Shown: one piece after another, positions 13,666 to 27,299 of the stretch
Layout: each line of letters starts with the position of its first letter
How positions within the stretch are numbered: position 1 is the stretch's first letter
From: Octopus vulgaris
Taxonomy: Eukaryota
Length of the DNA: 64,000 bases
NCBI GenBank assembly: GCA_951406725.2
Contig: OX597843.1
Span: 14,322,001-14,386,000 of the forward strand
Direction of reading: 5' to 3'
Program-made: the position numbers and the translations under genes
The notes under the pieces: generated by a model
The model's input: only the letters and a program-made list of their open reading frames with translations
What the model was told of the DNA's origin: nothing
Database searches by the model: none

Positions 13666-14699
13666 ATTCACACATTGGTTAAAGTTGTATATGGTGAGCT
13701 GGTCATGGCTGGAATGCATTTGATTATGTCTTTACAGTCAGTTCTTACTCAGGATTAAACACAACTACCACCATCACTGCCAACAACATCCCTCCACACT
13801 CCCACATCAGAGATTCACTAATTAGGAAGTCGTTATTTATAATTAACACCTAATGAGAAGAATGTACCGATGCTAAGGAATGTAAAGCGAGGGTGGTGAA
13901 GATGGTGGTGGGGATTGTTGCAAAGGGTATGGCTGATGGTTGTGATGATGATGATGATGATGATGAGGGTATTGATGTTAAAGGTGGTGGTGGTGGTGGT
14001 AGTAGTAATGGCAGTGGTGGTAATAGTAATAATGGTGGAGGTGAAGGTGGTGGAAGTGGTTGTTGTGGCAGTGCTGTACTGTTCAGGAGAACAAGTATTT
14101 AAAATAGAACAGGGTGGGGGATTTTGTGCTCATCACCACAAGGTACTCAGCGGACTGAACATGCTAGAAATATCAAAGCATTGTACAGTCTGAAAGTGTG
14201 AGGAGGCACATTGAATAATATCTGGGTGGGCATGGTTGGACCACCTTTGATCAGAGGGTCTGCTTGCTTGGCAAGAACAAGAACATGGTGTGTCCTTGAC
14301 ACACCATGTCTGAAACAAAAAAGGGGCTGGTCATGGATGGAACACCTTTTGATCATAGGGTTGCTAGAACAAAGTTGGCCTGGGTCTATAACAACAACAC
14401 ACATTGACACAGAACCTGCTAGAAACAGCAGCCAAATCTCCCTCACCTCACACCATACAGTTTTTATTACAGGATACATGAGATCATATAGCCACCCCTT
14501 CTCCTCCTCATCATCATTAGGGGTCAAGCTTCTACTAGATGACCCTTGAGGGTCCACTTATCTCTTTCTCCCATGACTTGCTTCAGTTCTTCTCAGGGTC
14601 AGCTGTTAAGTTAACTAACATATTTCACAAGTCAGCCAATGAGATTACAATCTCACCCAGATGTCCTGACTTGGGGTCACAAATAGGTGCTTCCTTTAA

Positions 14700-14925
14700 T
14701 GAGGTGCCACTAACTTGTGCCCCATTACTCCTCCAGTAAGGTTCCACTGACCTGGACCTCCTTAACTCCTCCAGTAAGGTTCCACTGACCTGTGCCTCAT
14801 AACTCCTCCAGTAAGGCTCTACTGACCTGGACCTCCTTAACTCCTCCAGTAAAGTGCCACTAACCTGTGCCTCATAACTCCTCCAGTAAGGCTCTACTGA
14901 CCTGTGCCTGCTTCCTTCTCCAGTA
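14700..14925. repeat. Minisatellite, ~36-38-bp unit
   Basis: CTCCTCCAGTAAGG.TC.ACTGACCTG repeated about 6 times. Confidence 0.85.
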
Positions 14926-15203
14926 GGGACCAGAGAACTGAACTATTCTTTCTCTGATGGGGCACAGTAACTTTCTAAGAATTTTATTGTGTAAACTCTG
15001 CCGACAGCATGTAGTCCCAGATACGATGGTCGTAGAAGGATTTTGATCCTAAGTCTATTCAATCACAGTTGACCTGGGGCACAATATTTAAATTAATAAT
15101 GGGTCAACACTGTTTCGTTTCATTGCTACATTACGTAGTAGAGAACATGTCTACACTCTTATTAGCCAACGCTGTATGTTATGACAAACACAGACATTAC
15201 ATA

Positions 15204-15260
<57 letters not shown>

Positions 15261-15271
15261 GTATGCTGATC

Positions 15272-15620
15272 TTTGTAGGGGGAACCTATGGCAGAGGTAG
15301 ACCCAGGAAAACATGGGTCGTGGTACTGAAGTGTTATCTACAGATTTTGGTCTCAAGGAGGCGATGACAAGTGATCGAGACCCTTGGCAATTTGCTATGT
15401 TTGAGAAGACACCAAGCCAAGTGAAACCGTAGTGATGACCAGTACCCATAACACGTAAAAGGGACCCAGTACACTCTGTAGAGTGGTTGGTCTTAGGAAG
15501 GGTATCAAGTCATAGAAAATAAGCCCAAACTGGAGCCTGGTACAGCTCTCTGGCTTACAAGTTCCAGTCAAACTATCTAAACCATGCCAGCATGGAAAAT
15601 GGACACTAAATGATGATGAA
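15272..15620 (+). mobile_element. 5'-truncated RTE-clade LINE (ORF C-terminus, 3' UTR, (GAT)n tail)
   Basis: Translates GTYGRGRPRKTW..., then after a frameshift EAMTSDRDPWQ; runs into the abundant AGGAAGGG.ATC...CCATGCCAGCATGGAAAATGGAC..TAAATGATGATG repeat, identifying that repeat as the RTE 3' end (other copies ~1305-1495, 16081-16222, 17375-17545, 19552-19935, 20946-21295, 49097-49342). Confidence 0.7.
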
Positions 15621-16783
15621 TATATGTAGACATGCATGTGGTAAGTAGCTTGCTTACCAACCACATGGTTCTGGGTTCACTCCCACTGCATGGCAAGTGT
15701 CTTCTACTATAGCCTTGTGCTGACCAAAGCCTTGTAAGTGGATTTGGTAGATGGAAACTGAAAGAAGCCCATTGTGGATGTGTGTGTGTGTATGCGTATA
15801 TATATATATATATATATACATACACATATGTGGAGGCGCAATGGCCCAGTGGTTAGGGCAGTGGATTCGCGGTTGTAGGATGGCGGTTTTGATTCCCAGA
15901 CCAGGCGTTGTGAGTGTTTATTGAGCGAAAACACCTAAATCTCCACAAGGCTCCAGCAGAGGGTACTCTTTCACCACAACCTTCTCTCACTCTTTCTTCT
16001 GCTGGCCAACTTGCTTAGCCAGTGGGGTGGCGTCACTGAAGGCTAAAACAATGCAAAACGCATTGTGACCAGCGATGTGTAGGAGTGGTTGGCGTTAGGA
16101 AGGGCATCCAGCCGTAGAAACACTGCCAGATCAGACTGGGCCTGATGCAGCCTTCTGGCTTCACAGACCCCAGTGGAACCGTCCAACCCATGCTAGCATG
16201 GAAAGCAGACGCTAAATGATGATATATATATATATGTATATATGTATGTATATGTATGTCTGTCTGTGTTTGTTTCCCCACCATCGCTTGATAACCAATG
16301 TTGGTGTGTTTACGTCCCCCGTCACTTAGTGGTTCGGCAAAAGAAACTGATAAAATAAGTACTAGGCTTACAAAGAATAAGTCCTGAGGTCAATTTGTTT
16401 GACTGAAGGCAGTGCCCCAGCATGGCCGCAATTCAAACGCCAAACAAATAAAAGATACACACACACATATATACATGTCAAAAAGGGCCAAAGCATGGAA
16501 CTGTCAGCCCTCGAGTCACTTTGTAATTTCTCTTCCAATTATTAATAAAAATATACAGTTATGCTCTAAATTCTGATTTCCTGTTTGCATCAGCCAAACC
16601 CCTACATGTGTGAACGTGTCTTTATGTCATGTTAAATGTAAAAACAATTTAACATTGACCTGAAAGCTTACTCAATGCCTTTTAGCAGGATGTGCGTTTT
16701 ATTTTGGTCGAGTTGGTCTCATTCTTCTCTGAGTTTCACTTGTGGGCACACAGGGTTTTTAGGCAAGTCACAATCATCTTAAC

Positions 16784-17198
16784 GGATCTTTTCCGTTTGA
16801 ACGGCAGTTTTTTCTAGCGGTGTCATATGAAATTGTCACCCATAATTATGACCCTAGTATCGATCTATTGCATTTCAATCTGTTTTAGGGTTAGGTTTGG
16901 GGGAAGGGTATCTTTTTTCCTTCAGAAATGTAAATAAACCCAATCTGTTTCTTAAACGAGGGACATATTCATACGCACAGAATGTTTTTTTTACCTCAAT
17001 GGACGTCATTGATTGGTTGAAATTGCAGAAATTGAAGAAAAAAAAACCCCACAAATACCTTACAAACTATAGAATTTTCTCAATAAAGCCAAGAGAAAAA
17101 GATGTTTTATAAACACATTCTACCAGTATACAAAGTTTAAAAGTGTTTAGTTACGTGGAAATTATTAAAAAAAACTGCCGGTCAAACCGAAAAGATCC
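16784..17198. mobile_element. 415-bp MITE with GG..CC ends, Merlin-like
   Basis: TIR GGATCTTTTCCGTTTGAACGGCAGTTTTTT / AAAAAACTGCCGGTCAAACCGAAAAGATCC; flanks ATCTTAAC and GTCTTAAC (8-bp TSD, one mismatch). Superfamily call is inference. Confidence 0.75.
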
Positions 17199-19079
17199 GT
17201 CTTAACTTAGCTGAAGACCCCATGCACCTTCAAGTGAAAATTCAGAGAAGAAAGGGACCGACTCGTCCAAAATAAGATATTCATCTCTATTACAGTATTG
17301 AGTGCTCTTTCGTTTGGTAGTCAACACTCCAAAGTGTGTGTGTGTGTGTGTACACCAATCTATCTATGATGTTCATCATCATTTAGCATCCATTTTCCAT
17401 ATTGGCATGGGTCGGAGAGTTTGACAAGAGTTGGCAAACTGGAGAACCGCACCAGGCTCCAATTTGGATGCTTTGAAGTGGTTCCTACAGCTGGATGCCG
17501 TACAAGTGTTATGACCCTCTCTACAAGGTGCACTGGGTGCATTGTATGTTGATGGCAGCGGCTGCAGCGAGTGTATGCAGAGACTTACAACCTATTTCTT
17601 TACTACCCACAAGGGGCTAAACACAGAGAGGACAAACAAATTAAGTCGATTACATCGACCCCAGTCCATAACTGGTACTTATTTAACCGAAAGGATGAAA
17701 GGCAAAGTCGACCTCGGCGGAATTTGAACTCAGAATGTAGCGGCAGACGAAATACTGCTAAGTATTTTGCCTGGCGTGCTAATGTGTCAGCCAGCTTACC
17801 ACTGCCAGAGACTTACAACCTCTTCTCACATGTGACATAGTTGACTTGAGAGAGAGATATGAGGGAGGAAAATTGGACCCAGTAAGTGATGAGGTACTTT
17901 GACTTCAAATGTCGATTCAAGGATTTGAACTCACAATGTAGTCATAAGGAAAGGACTGTTTAACCAGAGGGACCTGGTTTTAAACTGAGACAAAATATAC
18001 GTTTTTTTAAATACACAGATATGACCACATTCTTGCATGCGCACGCGCGTGTGAGAGAGAGAGGAGGCATAGACACCCACCCATAAATATATATATATAT
18101 ATACACATACACACACACAAATATGCATAGCATGTACACACATGCACACACAACATACACGCCCACACCCTATTAAACAGTTAATGGTAACTGGTTGATT
18201 CATAGAGAAAATGCTGTGAGCGAGTGGAGGAGGAAGTGGATACTTGTTGATGACAGAGATAGCACTTAAGGAAAAGAAACAGAAAACCAGCAGCAGAGGG
18301 AAGGGGAAGAGGACGGGGAGGTCTTTAGGCCCTCACTAACAGGACTGAGCTATATATATATACATATGTATATATATATATCTATGGCTAATTGTAAAAT
18401 CTCAATGATGACAAAGTTTGTCACAGACCCGTCTGACCCTAAAATGAGGGGCAGGACATATTTACTTGGCATCCATGCATCATATGATGAGACACATTCT
18501 CAATTTAACTCTTACTTGTTTCAGTCATTTTGACTGTGGCCATGCTGGAGCACCACCTTTAGTCGAGCAAATCGACCCCAGGACTTATTCTATCAGTCTC
18601 TTTTGCCAAACCGCTAAGTGACAGCGATGTAAACACACCAGCATCGGTTGTCAAGCAATGCTAGGAGGACACAGACACACAAACATATACTCTTTTACTT
18701 GTTTCAGTCATTTGACTGCGGCCATGCTGGAGCACAGCCTTTAATCGAGCAACTCGACCCCAGGACTTATTCTTTTGTAAGCCCAGTCTCTTTTAGCCGA
18801 ACCGCTAAGTAATGTGGACATAAACACACCAGCATCGGTTGTCAAGCAATGCTAGGGGGACAAACACACACACATATATATACATATACATACATATATA
18901 CGACAGGCTTCTTTCAGTTTCCGTCTACCAAATCCACTCACAAGGTTTTGTTCAGCCCGGGGCTATAGTAGAAAACACTTACCCAAGGTGCCATGCAGTG
19001 GGACTGAACCTGGAACCATGTGGTTGGGAAGCAAGCTACTTACCACACAGCCACTCCTACGCCTATACTTGTTTACTTT

Positions 19080-20560
19080 CAATTACAAGAGTCACTTGGG
19101 ACTTAGGAAAGGAAAACTTTATTTTACTCAAATTATGAGACAAAAGAAGTTAGAAAAGAAGCATGGAATTCTAGGACAAAGTTATTAAAATCCTTTGGAT
19201 TGGCAAAAAATCATACAGAAAGCCTTACTATAAAGACATTGTTTTGTATAACAAATTCACCAACATCACCTTAAAGCTACCTCTTGTAAAAGACCTGCTC
19301 AACTCTTGGTCTGTCTTGTCTATCTCAAGAAATACACGGGGCATATTTCCCTGGCATCCATACACCATACTACACAGTCCTTATTTTTATCTTAATCACC
19401 AGAGTGACTTGGAACTTATGAAAAGAAAACTTTGTTTTACTCAGAACGTATGAAAACAAGAGATAACAAAATCTCTGTAAACAAGAATGGATGTTTAGGA
19501 CAGACTTATGAAAATGCTTCGGACAGCCAAACGGTGGATGTCACACAGTTTCATCATCATCATCATTGTTTAACGTCCGTTTTCCGCGCTTGCACGGGTT
19601 GGATGGTTCGACCGGGGTCTGGGAAGTCAGGAGGCTGCACCAGGCTCCAGTCTGATCTGGCAGTGCTTCCTAATGTCCTTCCTGGATGCCCTTCCTAATG
19701 TCAACCACTCCGCGAATGTAGTGGGTGCTTTTTACGTGCCAGGGGAATCTGGCAGCGGCCACGATCAGTTGGTGCTTTTAACGTGCCAGTGGCATGGAAG
19801 CCAGTCAAGGTGGCACTGGCATCGGCCACGCTCGGATGGTGCTTTTTATGTGCCACCGGCGCAGAAGCCAGTCGAGGCGGCGCTGGCATCGGCTACGCTC
19901 GGATGGTGCTTTTTATGTGCCACCGGCACAGGTACTATAAAGATATATTTTGTAAAACAAATTCACCAAAGTCACACTAAAACTGTCTCTTCTAACAGAA
20001 CTGCTTATCCCTTTGCTTGTCTTGTGTGTCGCATAGGATACTCGGGACATACTTCCCTCGCACCCATGCAACATATAAGATAGACATTGCCAATTTTTTA
20101 TTTTAACCCTTTAGTGTTCAGATTATTCAATCAAACATAATCCCTATTGATTCCCATTGATTTGAATTAATCATGCATTATCTCATATCTTCAAGATCTT
20201 GATGGTGTAATTACTTAATGTAGAATAACATTGTAGGGTAGGTGTGAGAGCCTGGATCTGGTCAGTTTGAACATAAAACAGATTAAATATTTTGGCCAGA
20301 TATGGCCGGTTTAAATTACTAAAGGGTTAATCCCCAGAGTAACTTGGGACTTAGGAAAAGAAAGCTTTATCTTAAGTGAGAACATGTGGAAGAATGAAGC
20401 ATGGATGTAGAGGAGAGACTTGTGAAAATGCTTTGGACAGGCATGGCGTTAATGCCACAGAATGAGCCACCAGGAAGACACATTTTGTATTACATAAATT
20501 CAAAGTCACACCAAAAACTGTCTCTGCTAACAGAACTGTTTAACACTTTCCCTCTCCTGT
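19080..20560. repeat. Old ~310-bp degenerate tandem repeat (3 copies) interrupted by an RTE 3' end and a piggyBac MITE
   Basis: AGAGT.ACTTGG.ACTTA.GAAA.GAAA recurs at ~19088, 19401, 20337; TTTTGTA..ACA.A(A/T)TTCA recurs downstream of each. Confidence 0.65.
20107..20326. mobile_element. piggyBac-type MITE
   Basis: TTAA|CCCTTTAGT...ACTAAAGGG|TTAA. Confidence 0.8.
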
Positions 20561-21671
20561 GGGGTCTGGTGTTTATGGGGCTGAGGATCACAGTATTAGG
20601 CAGTATAGTCTGAGATACACTCAGCCACAAAAGCTTTCTGGTACAGATCTGCTTGATCAGGGCTGACCGAGGGCTAAACAACAACACCGGAGATGAAATG
20701 AAAATATGCAGATGAAAGGTGTGTACGATGACAATGACGTTAATAACGTCATCTCAGACAACAAAATTTCCAATTTAGGTACCATCGACACTCCCCTCCA
20801 CCCGAGTACTTGATTGGGGCTCTATTTTATTGACCTTGAAAGGATGAAAGGCAAAGGTGACCTTGGTTGGAATTGAGCTCAGAACAAAAAGAGCCGGAAG
20901 GAGTGCCACAAATCACTTTGACATGTCAACAATTCTGCCAGCTCACATCATCATCATCATTGTTTAACGTCCGCTTTCCATGCTAGCATGGGTTGGATAA
21001 TTTTGAGGATTGGTGAACCAGATGGCTGCACCAGGCTCCAATCTTGATCTGGCAGAGTTTCTACAGCTGGATGCCCTTCCTAATGCCAACCACTCCGAGA
21101 GTGTAGTGGGTGCTTTTACGTGCCACCAGTACGGGCGTCAGTCAGGCGGTACTGGCAACGACCTCGCTCGAATCTTTTTACACGTGCCAGTGAAGCGACG
21201 TTGGTAACGATCACGCTCGAATGGTGCCCTTTTACATGCCATGGGTATGGAAGCCAGTTGGCTGCTCTGGCAACGATCACGCTCAGATGGCTGCGATAAT
21301 GGTGATGATGATGGTGGTGGCGGTGGTAGATGTAGTAGGTGCTGGTGATAGTGGTGGTGGTGGTGATGACGGTAGTGGTGGTGGGAGCAACAGTGGTTGT
21401 CATTAATGTTAAGTCCAATCTTGTTAATACTGTGGACAAATTGGTCAAGTGCCTGTATGGAGAGGGGGAGGGAGGGGGAGGTACCCAGAGGAAGTGCCTG
21501 ATGTTTCCTGCCCACCCACCCTCAAATGTCATTCCACCCATAAAATAATATTTACTCATATCAGCAGAGCCATGCAGTGAGACTATATATAGTTGCATGA
21601 TCTGCCAGAAATAGTAGCTGAATCTCCCTCAAGTCACACCCTGTTGGGGATTTTTTGAATAAAAACACATA

Positions 21672-21833
21672 GGCATAGGACTGGCTATGTGGTAAGTTGC
21701 TTACTTACGGGCCACATAGTTCCGGGTTCAGTCCCACTGCGTGGCACCTTGGGCAAGTGTCTTCTGCTATAGCATCGGGCCGACCAAAGCCTTGTGAGTG
21801 GATTTGGTAGACGGAAACTGAAAGAAGCCCGTC

Positions 21834-21889
<56 letters not shown>

Positions 21890-22104
21890 ATATGTTTGTG
21901 TCTTTGTTTGTCTCCTCAACATTGCTTGACAACCGATGGTGGTGTGTTTATGTCCCCGTTACCTAGCAGTTCGGCAAACGAGACTGATAGAATAAGTACT
22001 GGGCTTACAAAGAATAAGTCCTCGGGTCGATTTGGTCGACTAAAGGCGGTGCTCCAGCATGGCCACAGTCAAACGACTGAAACAAGTAAAAGTGTAAAAG
22101 AGTA
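21672..22104 (+). mobile_element. SINE family A
   Basis: Near-consensus copy with GTAAAA tail repeats. Confidence 0.9.
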
Positions 22105-23458
22105 TAATGTTGTCCTAGATATGGTATGACAAAATTAAGACAGGATGGTCATAGCTGGAACATCTTTGATCGTAAGTCAACTGGATCAAGACTGACGTGG
22201 GACTAAACAACAAGGATGGAACATGTTTGATCAGAGGTCATAGGACTAACCTAGGGTTAAATAACAGCAAGGAAGGACACATCAGATAATGTAGTCCTAG
22301 ATACACTATGTCTGAATGAAAGACAAGATAGCCATGGCTAGAACATCTCTGATCATAGGTCTATAGGATGAGACTGACCTGGGGTTAAACAGAAAAAGCA
22401 GCTAAATCTTGAAATGAGACGGGTGACAGTGGTTATTGCTGTTATTTAGCATCAGGTCAACTGTTTCCATATGAGCTCCATCCACAGCCATCCTGCCTTT
22501 TCACAGCAGGATGTAATGGAGTTCTTCCTACTTTTGAGATGCTAGAGCAATTTGACAGCTATTTCTAGCAGCTTTGTGTTGGTCTAAACACTTGTGAGTC
22601 CTGATTGAAGAGATTTAACAAGAAAATAATTCCAACTATGCCAATCCCTTCATATTCTCAGGCACACTACTGTCAACCTAGTATGATACTACTTGCTTTG
22701 AGAGACTTGGCTATTATTTCTAGCAGGTCTATCTACCATGAAGAGGTCTCCCTCATTGGCTCATACACACGTGTATACATACATAAGACAGTAGGGTGTA
22801 ATTTGAAGGAAATTTGGCTGTTATTTCTGGCAGACCAAGTAGAAATTTGCAAAGCAAAAGGAGAGCATATTACTAGTGCCTATCCCACAGATGACCACCA
22901 CATCTATCCTCATCACCACCTCCACCACCAATCTTATGCCCTCCCCATCCTGTGTCATGAGTCACGAAGAGATATAACAGGGTGGAGTGTACCAACCCAA
23001 CTAACATGAATGTCACTCACACACACACACACACACATGCTGAACTGGTAATAACAACTTTGGACAGAATATCCTTACAGGGATCCATAAACCCTAGCCA
23101 GAAAAACCCCTACAGTCTAAGGACCAATCTAATGACGATGGGACTGGTGGAATTGTAAGAATAGGGGACCACATGTCTTATGGTATTGATTCAAGCTCCT
23201 TGTAGTCTGAGTTCAAATCCTGCCATGGCCTTCCAGAGTGGGAACCTCAACCCATCACCTGGTAAGCATTTGGGTGACATTTTGTTTGAGGGTACCTTCT
23301 CCCTTCCTCTCACTAGCTAGAAGGTCCCATAAAGGGTCACAAACACTGCTGTCCTTATTGATTGACCGTTAACATACTTATACTGAAATATACTTTATTT
23401 TAATTAGTGTGGAAAATAACGAAGAATGTAGTAAAATAATTTAGTTATCATTAAGATA

Positions 23459-23862
23459 GGCGCAGGAGTGGCTGTGTGGTAAGTAGCTTGCTTACCAACC
23501 ACATGGTTCCAGGTTCAGTCCCACTGTGTGGCATCTTGGGCAAGTGTCTTCTGCTATAGCCCCGGGCCGTCCAAAGCCTTGTGAGTGGATTTGGTAGACG
23601 GAAACTGAAAGAAGCCCGTCGTATATATATATGTATATATGTGTGTGTGTATTTGTGTGTCTATGTTTGACCCCCTAGCATTGCTTGACAACTGATGCTG
23701 GTGTGTTTATGTCCCCCGTTACATAGTGGTTTGGCAAAAGAGACCGATAGAATAAGTACTGGGCTTACAAAGAATAAGTCCCGGGGTCGATTTGCTTGAC
23801 TAAAGGCGGTGCTCCAGCATGGCCGCAGTCAAATGACTGAGACAAGTAAAAGAGTAAAAGAA
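23459..23862 (+). mobile_element. SINE family A inserted in a piggyBac-type MITE relic (~23370-23988)
   Basis: Full SINE; flanks match the reverse complement of the 43262-43468 MITE and end ...AAAAGGG|TTAA. Confidence 0.8.
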
Positions 23863-24529
23863 TAGTGTTAGGAACATAAATTGTGACTAAGGTTTGGTGG
23901 AAGATTTTCATTCAGAACTTTTGAAAACAAGACATTTGTACTAAGGAGCCAGAGGTGGTTTCAGCCAGGTTGGTATCAAAAGGGTTAAAACAGTGGCAAC
24001 ATGATTTGCTGGTTGGGGTGTTACACTCCCAATTGTCAGATGGTGGGTTTGAATTCTGGACTGGGTAACGTTTGGCTTCCTTGAGTAAAATACTTTATAT
24101 CCCGTTGTATAGAGACCGGCCTGCTGAAGAATGGACCCAATGTTCCTTCTGCATGTCACGAGAGGCAACAAAAAGGGGTTGAGGAGGGATTTGCACTCTG
24201 ACCTCGTAAAACCCTCACTAGCAACAATGACACAAACAGACCAGGGGGTTAGAAGGTTGTTGACAAAGTGGTACAAAGAGTCGCGGGTGCAGCAATGTGC
24301 TGTTGCATCGCATGCCCTCATAATAACAAAAGAACAAAAAAAACACTTTAAAACGGAGAGTTTGTATCACAGAACCAGAGCCAGTCTCAGAGGGTATCAA
24401 AAGGGTTAAGACAAACATGGAGCGTTCTAGAAGATGATCCACGTGAGAAGGGTATTTCTGTTGAAACACACTGTCTTCGTTGCAATTAATTTTGAGAATA
24501 ATGAAGAGTTTTTACTAAAGTAACTGTCA

Positions 24530-24746
24530 GTGGCTGTAGCGAAAGCGGTGGTATGGTGGACCCGTTTGAAAGGGGTCAGACACTTTCCTCTTTGGCCAAG
24601 GCCTCATCAACTTTTTCAAGTTTCACTTGAAAAGGAAGGTGAGAGTAGAGAGGGAAGGGCTGTCTGATGGCAAGTTTACTGAAAGGTGGGTGAATGTCGC
24701 AAGAATGGCCAGTATAAATGGACCAATTCTGAGGATACACCTGTAG
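24530..24746 (+). pseudogene. Tx1/L1-like LINE ORF2 C-terminal relic (frameshifted)
   Basis: VAVAKAVVWWTRLKG / DTFLFGQGLINFFKFHLKRKVRVEREGLSDGKFTERWVNVARMASINGPILRIHL*; AKxxVWxxR...FxERW pattern recalled from Tx1-type ORF2 ends. Confidence 0.5.
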
Positions 24747-26054
24747 TATAAAAAGGTATTATAAAAGAAGGGGCTCTCTACCCCCCTTTTGACCAGGCTC
24801 CCGTGGCTTTTATGGGTTTTTCCATGAGTAACTTTCCGAAGCCCCTCCCCCGATTGGGAATTTCAATTGTTATATTTTGCTTGACAACTGATGTTAGTGT
24901 GTTTACATCCCCGTAACTTTGAGGTTCGGCAAAAGAGACCGACAGAATAAGTACTAGGCTTACAAAGAATAAGTCCTGGGGTCAATTTGCTCGACTAAAA
25001 GCAGTGCTCCAGCATGGCTGCAGTCAAATGACTGAAACAAATAAAAGAATCAGCATTTTGCCCTGCACACTGAAGTTTCCACCAGAAGGAATCTCGCTTA
25101 GCATTTTGTCTGGTCTGCCAAGGATAAAAAGGGATTTCATGTGCCGGAAGGGCAACTGGTGATGGGAGTTTATCAGGACAATTTACAGAAAAATGCAAAG
25201 GAGGGAAGGAGAGTCACAGAATTCCTTATTAGAAGTGGGTGGTGGAAATGTATGACAAGGGTATACAAAGGGACCTGAAGCAAGATCAATAGGGTGGGTG
25301 CAGCTATACAGGGGCCAAACAAGGATTCCCACACTTCTAGAAATCCTGATTACTAAAGTCAAACTGCCACCCTTCACCTTACCACCCACCCACCACCCTC
25401 TCTCTCTCTCCCCTTTAATTGTCATTCCCTGCCTGACAATAGGAAGTCAGCAACAGGCAGGATGTGGGCCTTTGAGCTTTTCTCTGTAGGTCTTTCAACT
25501 TTTCCAAAATATTTCTCTTTTTTTAAAGTTTTCTGTATTTGTGGTGCATTGAGCAAACTGATGGCATTTAAAGGGTCTTTTGTGTCATAACAGGATTCAG
25601 TATTTGCTAACATAAAAGCATTTTTAGTGATGGCAATGAGGAGGAGGGTAGGGCATTTGGGGACCCCTTTTTTTTATATATGTAAGAGACGTGGGCAGAA
25701 AAGTATGGCTGTGTGGTTAAAGAGTTTACTTCACAACCTTGTGGTTTCAGGTTCATTCTCCAGAGTTTGACACCCTGGGCCTGGGCCAGTACCTTCTACT
25801 TAGAACCCTAGGGAAACTAATGCTTTGTGAGAGAATTTGGTAGACAGAGACTGAAACAAACCTGTCATGTGCATGCAAGTGTGTGTGTGTGCACGGGCGT
25901 GTAACCATCACCGAATGTCCTGGGACCCTGATCATGGTTGATGAGAATTACTGTGTCTGGTCAGATTGCTTGGAGAACAAACTTCTTCCACAGATATGGC
26001 TAACATAGTTATCTGGTCCCTGCAGCAAAAGCTCTTTCTAGTCAGCCTGTGTCA

Positions 26055-26129
26055 CCCTTGCCATTTTTGGTGATTAAGAAAACCAATTCTAGAAAGCAGC
26101 ATTCTGTTGCACTCACTGCATCTGAATTC
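26055..26129 (-). pseudogene. RTE-type LINE C-terminal zinc-finger relic
   Basis: Minus frame EFRCSECNRMLLSRIGFLNHQKWQG resembles the CxxCxR..SRIGLxxH terminus of RTE ORFs. Confidence 0.5.
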
Positions 26130-26551
26130 TCAACTGAAATCTTCTGGGATCTCTCTCTGTTTTCTCCCCTTTCGCAAGGATCTGTTGAGCACTTCATGTT
26201 CAACACACATTGTCTCAGGACCCTTTAGATTCCTATTTTACTCAAATGGACCCTCCTAGCCATTCAACATTTCAAAAATCCTATTAGGTTTGAATAATTA
26301 AACATTTTTAGGAATTGTATATTCTTTTATTCTTTTACTCGTTTCAGTCATTTGACTGTGGCCATGCTGGAGCATCACCTTTGGTCGGACAAATCAACTC
26401 CAGGACATTCGTTGTAAGCCTAGTACTTATTCTATCGATCTCTTTTGCCGAACTGCTAAGATACTGGGATATAAACACACCAACAGCGGTTGTCAAGCAA
26501 TGGTGGGGAAGACAAACATAGACACACAAAAATATATATATATATATATAT

Positions 26552-26590
<39 letters not shown>

Positions 26591-26726
26591 GCGGTTCGGC
26601 AAAAGAGACCGATAGAATAAGTACTGGGCTTACAAAGAATAAGTCCCGGGGTCGATTTGCTCGACTAAAGGCGGTGCTCCAGCATGGCCGCAGTCAAATG
26701 ACTGAAACAAGTAAAAGAAAAAGAAA

Positions 26727-26770
<44 letters not shown>

Positions 26771-27037
26771 ACAGGTTTCTTTCAGTTTCCATCAACCAAT
26801 CCACTCACAAGGCTTTGGTTGGCCTGAAGCTACAGTAGAAGATACTTGCCCAAGGTTTCACTCAGTGAGACTGAACCTGGAACCATGTGGTTGAGAAGCA
26901 AGCTTCACAGAGCCACGCCTGCACCTATAAAATAATTATTAAAATAGTCTGTGTTTTGTAGCAGTATAACCAATTACACATGAATTATGTGGAACCCCTG
27001 TTGAGAACCTTTGGCTTTAATCACCACCAGATTTAAC

Positions 27038-27299
27038 CAGGGCTGTGGAGTCAGAGTAGGAGAGTTGAAAACAATTAAGGGTAGCTGGAGTCAGCATCTG
27101 TAAAACTATACTGACTCTGACTCACAATATCTTTATTGTTTTTAATAAACCAGTTATAACATATGGGCCCCTTCAAAGTACAAGTGTATGCATATGCTTT
27201 ATGAGATATGTAGACCAGAATCCCTTAATTACATAAAAAGGAATCAGAGGTGCCAATAGTAGGGGAGTCGGAGTTTTTTGTTTTGACTTCACAGCCCTG
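27038..27299 (+). mobile_element. hAT-type MITE, copy 1
   Basis: TIR CAGGGCTGTGGAGTC / GACTTCACAGCCCTG; flanks GATTTAAC (left) and GTTATTTC (right). Confidence 0.85.

Noticed and set aside
19240-20090. Open minus-strand frames in the ~310-bp degenerate repeat as duplicated exons
   Set aside because: Differences between copies are mostly amino-acid changing and no domain is recognisable.
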